From positions 1 through 43,074 of the forward strand of contig JAPYUB010000001.1 in assembly GCA_029942125.1 (NCBI GenBank): a DNA stretch of 43,074 bases, in the 5' to 3' direction. Position 1 is the stretch's first letter; the number at the start of each line of letters is the position of its first letter. Source of the stretch: Candidatus Thalassarchaeaceae archaeon. GTDB taxonomy: Archaea > Thermoplasmatota > Poseidoniia > Poseidoniales > Thalassarchaeaceae. Below are positions 38,124 through 43,074 of the stretch, in pieces. The notes beneath the pieces were generated by a model. The model saw nothing but the letters and a program-made list of their open reading frames with translations. It was not told the origin of the DNA and did no database searches. A program made the translations under genes and the position numbers.

Positions 38124-38186
38124 AAATAGTGAGGTTATTTCCAATTGAGAGTTTGAAACTTCCAATTGAAAAATTGAGGTGCTATT

Positions 38187-40007
38187 ATGGATGAAAATAA
38201 CCGTCGTCAACCCATTGTGGCTGTTCTAGGGCATGTCGACCATGGCAAAACATCTGTCTTGGACTACATTCGTAGTCTAGGTCAAGATCGACAATCAAGC
38301 GTCATGGCTAGAGAGGCAGGGGGAATTACACAACACATCGGTGCGACAGAGGTACCTGCAAAGCTGTTGAATGAATTCTGTAGTCCACTCATGGGTGGAA
38401 AGGAATTCTTGTCACCGGGTTTACTCTTCATTGACACACCAGGTCACCATTCGTTCTCGACCTTACGTACACGAGGTGGTTCCCTAGCAGATATCGCGAT
38501 TCTAGTCATTGATATGATGGAAGGATGCCAACCACAGACGTTAGAATCGATTCGAATCTTGAAGAATGCAAAGACTCCTTTCGTCGTTTGTGCCAACAAA
38601 GTAGATCGAATCCATGGATGGAGGTCTGTAAACGGACGCTCTGCTGCTGAAGCAATGAAGGATCAAGATTCGTATGCCATGGGCTTGTTTGAACAGAAAT
38701 TTTGGCACCTTGTAGGCCAATTTGGTGAGCAGGGATTCAATCTTGATATGTACAACAAAATTTCTGATTTCACTCAAAATATACCCTTAGTACCTTGTTC
38801 TGCAAAAGAGGGGGAAGGGATGCAAGATCTGCTCGCAACCACCATAGGTCTGGCTGAAAAATTCCTTGATGAACAACTCTCTGACGTCGATGGATATTCA
38901 GAGGGAACTGTACTCGAAATGAAAGAAGAACGTGGACTTGGAAAAACGTTGGATGTAATCATGTATCGTGGTCAAATTTCCAAAGGCGATGAAATTGTCG
39001 TCGCAACTAATCAGGGCCCTATGGTCACCAGAGTAAGAGGGCTATTCAGACCTCGAGGCATGGCAGAAATGCGTGATGCTGGAGATCGTTGGGATGCGAT
39101 TGAAACCGTTGAGGCGGCTGCCGGATTGAAATTGGCGGCTCCAGATCTAGATGGGGTTCTTGCAGGCACGACACTCCGGGTTCTGCCAGAAGATGCTGAA
39201 CTACGACAACAAGTGATTGATGCGGCCGAGGATGAATCTGAGATTAGCATCGAATTAGATGAGGAAGAGGGGATTGTCATCAAGGCCGATACGCTTGGAG
39301 GGCTTGAGGCGCTAGCATTCGAATTACACAACCTCGAAAATCCAATTCCAATTCGAAGTGCAGGAATTGGACCGGTCAATAAGCGTGATTTGCGTGGGGC
39401 AGAAAACGCAGCAAATCCATTACAGAGAGTCATTCTTGCATTTAGTACAAGCGTGCAAACGGAAACTGCTGAAGAACTTGAAAAAGAAGATTGTAAAGTA
39501 GAGTATATTGGTTCTGACATCATCTATCATATTCTAGAACAATTTGAGATTTGGACTGAAAATCGAAAGATTGAGTTGGAAAAGGAAAAAAGAGAGAAAA
39601 TTGTTTACCCTGGAAAAATCATCATTCTCACTGATCACATTTTCCGTCGATCAGGACCTGCGGTTGTTGGTGTTCGAATCCTAGGGGGACGACTACACAT
39701 CGGACAACGTCTTATGACAATCGAAGGAAAGAATGTTGGCCAGATTAAATCCATTCGAACTGGAGATACTTCGCACAAGGAGGCGAAGCAAGGAGAAGAG
39801 GTTGCGATTGCGATTCAAGGAGCAACTATCGGACGCGGAATCGATGAAGAGGATGTCCTGCTCGTAGATGTACCCGCAAATCATATCCGAAGACTTCGGA
39901 AACTAGAACTCACTTCTTCCGAACAAGAGATTCTTGACGAACTTACAGCACTGCATCGTGCAGATGACCACAAGAGATGGAAAGATAAGCAAAATGAAAA
40001 ATTCTGA
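38187..40007 (+). CDS. infB: Translation initiation factor IF-2 / aIF5B
   Basis: GHVDHGKT, EAGGITQHIGAT, DTPGH, NKVD, KADTLGGLEAL. Confidence 0.96.
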   Translation: MDENNRRQPIVAVLGHVDHGKTSVLDYIRSLGQDRQSSVMAREAGGITQHIGATEVPAKLLNEFCSPLMGGKEFLSPGLLFIDTPGHHSFSTLRTRGGSLADIAILVIDMMEGCQPQTLESIRILKNAKTPFVVCANKVDRIHGWRSVNGRSAAEAMKDQDSYAMGLFEQKFWHLVGQFGEQGFNLDMYNKISDFTQNIPLVPCSAKEGEGMQDLLATTIGLAEKFLDEQLSDVDGYSEGTVLEMKEERGLGKTLDVIMYRGQISKGDEIVVATNQGPMVTRVRGLFRPRGMAEMRDAGDRWDAIETVEAAAGLKLAAPDLDGVLAGTTLRVLPEDAELRQQVIDAAEDESEISIELDEEEGIVIKADTLGGLEALAFELHNLENPIPIRSAGIGPVNKRDLRGAENAANPLQRVILAFSTSVQTETAEELEKEDCKVEYIGSDIIYHILEQFEIWTENRKIELEKEKREKIVYPGKIIILTDHIFRRSGPAVVGVRILGGRLHIGQRLMTIEGKNVGQIKSIRTGDTSHKEAKQGEEVAIAIQGATIGRGIDEEDVLLVDVPANHIRRLRKLELTSSEQEILDELTALHRADDHKRWKDKQNEKF

Positions 40008-40252
40008 TGGTTGATTGATGTCTAAAGACTACAACAACTAGGGGGAATTCTTCCGAATAAGAGATTCCCGACGAACTCACTGCACCGCATCGTTAAGAGA
40101 ACTATTATTAGGGGCGTTAAAGGGGCGCAGTATTGCATTTCACCGTTGAGATTGACCATTGATTTGTTCGATGATTCAGTGACCCCAAGACCCCCAACGT
40201 TGAAGTACGAATTGGAATGGTCCTGTAGTGGGTTAGTACCCGAGATGATACC

Positions 40253-41248
40253 ATGTCGGCAGGGATGGCACAAGCAGCAGGCACTGGCCGTACAAAGGAC
40301 CTGATCTCAACTGTCAGTCAAATTTCTCACACACTGATGGGAGAGGTCGCAAAAGTCATTATCGGTAAAGAAGAAAACTTACTTCGTGTAACCGTAGGCA
40401 TTTTGTCCAATGGAAATATGCTCTTGGAAGACTTCCCCGGTCTAGCAAAGACCTTGCTTGCTAATACATTCGCCAAGGCACTTGGCTGCAAATTCAAGCG
40501 TGTACAATTCACGCCTGATTTACTCCCATCTGATATTATGGGGACTTACATGTATGACCAACAAGCTAGTGAATTCAAACTCCGACCTGGCCCTCTGTTC
40601 ACAAACCTACTGCTCGGTGATGAAATCAACCGAGCTCCACCCAAGACTCAAGCCGCACTTCTAGAAGCAATGGAAGAGAAACAAGTAACCATTGAGGGTA
40701 TTACACACAAATTGCCTGCTCCTTTCGTTACAATGGCAACCCAGAACCCAATCGAACAAGAAGGGACCTACCCACTGCCTGAAGCACAGATGGATAGATT
40801 CCTGATGAAGATGTCAATGGGGTATCCAGATCGTGCTGAAGAGAAGGCAATTCTTGCTCGACGTAAGTTGAGAGGAAAGGATGGTCACGATGTCGAACAA
40901 ATTACTTCTCCAAAGAAGGTCGTTGCCATGCAAAAGGCACTGGAAACTGTACACGTGGACCCGGCGATCCTCTCTTACATCGTTGAAGTTGTTCAGCGAT
41001 CTCGTGAGGACCATCGAGTGATTACGGGTGCATCACCTCGAGCCAGTCAATCACTCTTCAAGACCGGGCGCGCATCCGCAGCCATTGATGGTCGCGACTA
41101 TGTAATTCCTGACGATATTAAGCGTGTTGCTCTACAAGTTTGCAGTCATCGTGTATTGCTCAAGCCTGAAGCAAAGATTCGGGGGATTACTGGCATGCAC
41201 ATCATGCGCAAGATTCTCTCTGAAGTACCTGTTCCGGTCATTCAGTAA
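40253..41248 (+). CDS. moxR: MoxR-family AAA+ ATPase
   Basis: PGLAKT, RVQFTPDLLPSD, DEINRAPPKTQAALLEAM, ATQNPIEQEGTYPLPEAQMDRF, GASPR. Confidence 0.94.
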   Translation: MSAGMAQAAGTGRTKDLISTVSQISHTLMGEVAKVIIGKEENLLRVTVGILSNGNMLLEDFPGLAKTLLANTFAKALGCKFKRVQFTPDLLPSDIMGTYMYDQQASEFKLRPGPLFTNLLLGDEINRAPPKTQAALLEAMEEKQVTIEGITHKLPAPFVTMATQNPIEQEGTYPLPEAQMDRFLMKMSMGYPDRAEEKAILARRKLRGKDGHDVEQITSPKKVVAMQKALETVHVDPAILSYIVEVVQRSREDHRVITGASPRASQSLFKTGRASAAIDGRDYVIPDDIKRVALQVCSHRVLLKPEAKIRGITGMHIMRKILSEVPVPVIQ

Positions 41249-41340
41249 TCTTCAGCAAACGATTGGCGAACACTCGATTATGCGAGTGTTTGAAAGAGGG
41301 GCTTGTCTGAGGACGTTGTGTTCTCCCGGAGGTTGTTGAT

Positions 41341-42303
41341 TTGAATCCTTACAATATGGTCATCGCAGTCACCAATCAGAAAGGTGGCTGTGCGAAAACA
41401 ACCACCGCTGTCAATATCGCAACTGCCTTGGCAAAAGGAGACTCGGAGAATGGTTTCCCTCCTGCAAAGGTCTTGCTTGTAGATCTAGATCCTCAGGGAA
41501 ACGCATCAACATCTTTTGGAATTGACAAGAGCAAGTTGGATCGGACTGTGTATAATCTTCTCATGAATGACCTTGGCGAAGAATTGCCAATCCTAGAGGA
41601 CTATCTCCTCGCACCTGAAATGATTACAGATTCGATGCATGATGCGTGGAGGCAATCCAATCCTGACAAGAAAAATGGACCACCGAAAACGATGGGTGTA
41701 AGGAATCTGTGGATTCTACCAAGTAACATCCAATTATCTGGTGCGGAAATAGAGTTGGCCACCCGAATTGGTAGAGAAACACGCCTCAAAGAAGGGTTGA
41801 GTCCTGCCTACGATGAGTTTGATTACATCATCATCGACACACCACCAAGCCTCGGTCTACTCACCATCAATGCCTTGGCTGCAGCTAATTGGGTGTTGAT
41901 TCCGGTACAGACAGAATACTATGCACTTGAGGGTATGAGTCAATTGATGAATTCAATCAAAATGGTTCAAAAAAGAATCAATCCCAATCTCAAGCTATTC
42001 GGAATTGCATTGACAATGTATCAAAAGTCCAAGTTGTGTAATACAGTTGTTGACGAAGTTAGGAAACATTTCACTACACAAGTTTTCAAAACGGTCATTC
42101 CAAGAAATATCGAGGTCGCTGCAGCTCCTTCAGAAGGAGCGCCAATTACTGTCTTGAAGAAACCTACTCGCTCGAACAAAGGTAGTCAGCAATATTGGGC
42201 ACTTGCAAAAGAAGCCCATCGTCGCGTGCTGAAGATTCGTCAAAAATACGGAATCAACGAACCAAACCGACTGAAGCAACATGAACTCCGAACCAAGGAA
42301 TAG
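41341..42303 (+). CDS. parA: ParA/Soj-family ATPase
   Basis: NQKGGCAKTTT deviant Walker A, DLDPQGNAS, IDTPPSLGLLTINAL, PVQTEYYALEG, IPRN; TTG start after GGAGG (alternative ATG at 41356). Confidence 0.92.
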   Translation: MNPYNMVIAVTNQKGGCAKTTTAVNIATALAKGDSENGFPPAKVLLVDLDPQGNASTSFGIDKSKLDRTVYNLLMNDLGEELPILEDYLLAPEMITDSMHDAWRQSNPDKKNGPPKTMGVRNLWILPSNIQLSGAEIELATRIGRETRLKEGLSPAYDEFDYIIIDTPPSLGLLTINALAAANWVLIPVQTEYYALEGMSQLMNSIKMVQKRINPNLKLFGIALTMYQKSKLCNTVVDEVRKHFTTQVFKTVIPRNIEVAAAPSEGAPITVLKKPTRSNKGSQQYWALAKEAHRRVLKIRQKYGINEPNRLKQHELRTKE

Positions 42304-42362
42304 CCTCACAAAAGACCGACACGCTCAAGTTGCTTAGGGCAGGGCTTCGTATCGGTGACAAC

Positions 42363-42605
42363 ATGGGTTCTCCAAACATGACCTCTGTGAGTGTCTCCTT
42401 CGATGTAAGGCGACAACTGAATTCAATGCGAGCAATGGGCAACCACGACAGTGTGGATGAACTCCTAGCACAGGTGCTACAAGAATATCGAATGGCGCAG
42501 CTTCGGGCTGAGGCAGATAAACTACGAAATCGGCTACGAGATATTGGCCAAACAGATATCGAAGCGCTGGTTGAACGATTAGGACATTCTCCTTATGGTG
42601 GTTGA
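42363..42605 (+). CDS. Small putative ribbon-helix-helix DNA-binding protein with coiled-coil tail
   Basis: 80 aa; TSVSVS strand, then FDVRRQLNSMR helix, G turn and SVDELLAQVL helix fit the CopG/RHH pattern. Confidence 0.6.
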   Translation: MGSPNMTSVSVSFDVRRQLNSMRAMGNHDSVDELLAQVLQEYRMAQLRAEADKLRNRLRDIGQTDIEALVERLGHSPYGG

Positions 42606-42855
42606 ATTGAAGGGACAACCTCCAACTTATTCTGTCGATGCGCCCACACTTTTTCGTGGTTTGATGGATGGAGGAAGCAATGCTAGAATTCTTCTTGATC
42701 TGGCTGCGGCAAATGAAATTGAACTTCACGCTGAAGCTAGGGACTGGAATGATCTTTTGTGGCTCATTTCCACTGCATTGAAAGAAACTGGCGGAGCGTA
42801 CTCTGGGGAAGATTATGCTTCACTACGGAACAATATGCCAGTGGTATTTCACTAA
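42595..42855 (+). CDS. Small protein with degenerate PIN-like N-terminal half
   Basis: 86 aa; YSVDAPTLFRGL...ARILLDLAAANEIELH...WNDLL resembles PIN VLDTNVL...A..LL...IEL...EL; overlaps the RHH gene by 11 nt. Confidence 0.5.
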   Translation: MVVELKGQPPTYSVDAPTLFRGLMDGGSNARILLDLAAANEIELHAEARDWNDLLWLISTALKETGGAYSGEDYASLRNNMPVVFH

Positions 42856-43074
42856 TCAGTCCGTGTTTTGTTCAAGCCATTGATGCCCATACCATCGCCA
42901 CTGTTCCATGGTCCAACCCTCTGGGAGGCCACCTGAGGGTAATGGAGGGGCCTCGGCTGGAGGTTCTTGAGTAGAGGGTTGAGGACTAGGCTCAGGAGTG
43001 GCCCCTGAGGCCGTTTCGTCCTCTTCAACCTCTTCAACCTCTTCAACCTCTTCAACCTCTTCAACCTCTTCAAC
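42856..43074 (-). CDS. 3' end of a protein with a (VEE)n/Pro-rich linker and Trp-rich C-terminal motif (partial, runs off the window)
   Basis: Own translation from 43074: (VEE)6 DETASGATPEPSPQPSTQEPPAEAPPLPSGGLPEGWTMEQWRWYGHQWLEQNTD*; TGA at 42856-42858. Confidence 0.8.
   Translation of the reverse strand, partial: VEEVEEVEEVEEVEEVEEDETASGATPEPSPQPSTQEPPAEAPPLPSGGLPEGWTMEQWRWYGHQWLEQNTD
43021..43074. repeat. Perfect 9-bp tandem repeat (CTCTTCAAC) x6, truncated by the window end
   Basis: Directly visible; encodes VEE repeats on the minus strand. Confidence 0.95.

Noticed and set aside
40022-40273. 83-aa minus-strand ORF or structured ncRNA between infB and moxR
   Set aside because: No recognisable protein motif, overlaps the moxR start, and no convincing tRNA, C/D box or SRP structure by eye
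42363-42855. Canonical active VapBC toxin-antitoxin pair
   Set aside because: The PIN-like ORF is 86 aa and lacks the C-terminal acidic catalytic residues, so it is not called a toxin
42852-43073. ORF-track protein MKRLKRLKRL...
   Set aside because: Wrong frame of the 9-bp repeat; the neighbouring frame gives an acidic/Pro linker and a coherent Trp-rich terminal motif

Overview
This is a gene-dense archaeal chromosomal segment of roughly 50% GC. The evidence for an archaeon is Hjc, L7Ae/S28e/L24e, aIF5B, deoxyhypusine synthase, a presenilin homologue and a Sec11-type signal peptidase. It most likely comes from a Marine Group II euryarchaeote (Ca. Poseidoniales), inferred from gene content, a giant CARDB surface protein and a C-terminal GLPEGWTMEQW motif. 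It holds about 39 CDS and one tRNA-Ile(GAU); I found no transposase, integrase, cas gene or CRISPR array. In order, the window contains: an Hjc/RNase-H-fold divergent pair; membrane proteases (S2P-PDZ, S26B, presenilin with a ~360-aa extracellular insert) around a 1718-aa surface protein; a P-loop kinase, dCMP deaminase and FolC; serS; a leucine-catabolism carboxylase operon; ccmF and a geranylgeranyl reductase divergent from ubiD-ubiA-uvrB-dys; an AT-rich repeat island before a tandem PRC-barrel gene; prs and the rpl7ae-rps28e-rpl24e-ndk-infB cluster, with a K-turn over the L7Ae start; MoxR; and a ParA + ribbon-helix-helix + degenerate PIN-like cassette. The best candidate for an undescribed system is the ParA-RHH-PIN-like cassette together with recurring CAATTG-centred palindromes, possibly a segregation system. 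The second is the ectodomain-bearing presenilin with its neighbouring proteases. All calls are from motif recognition by eye; no searches were run.
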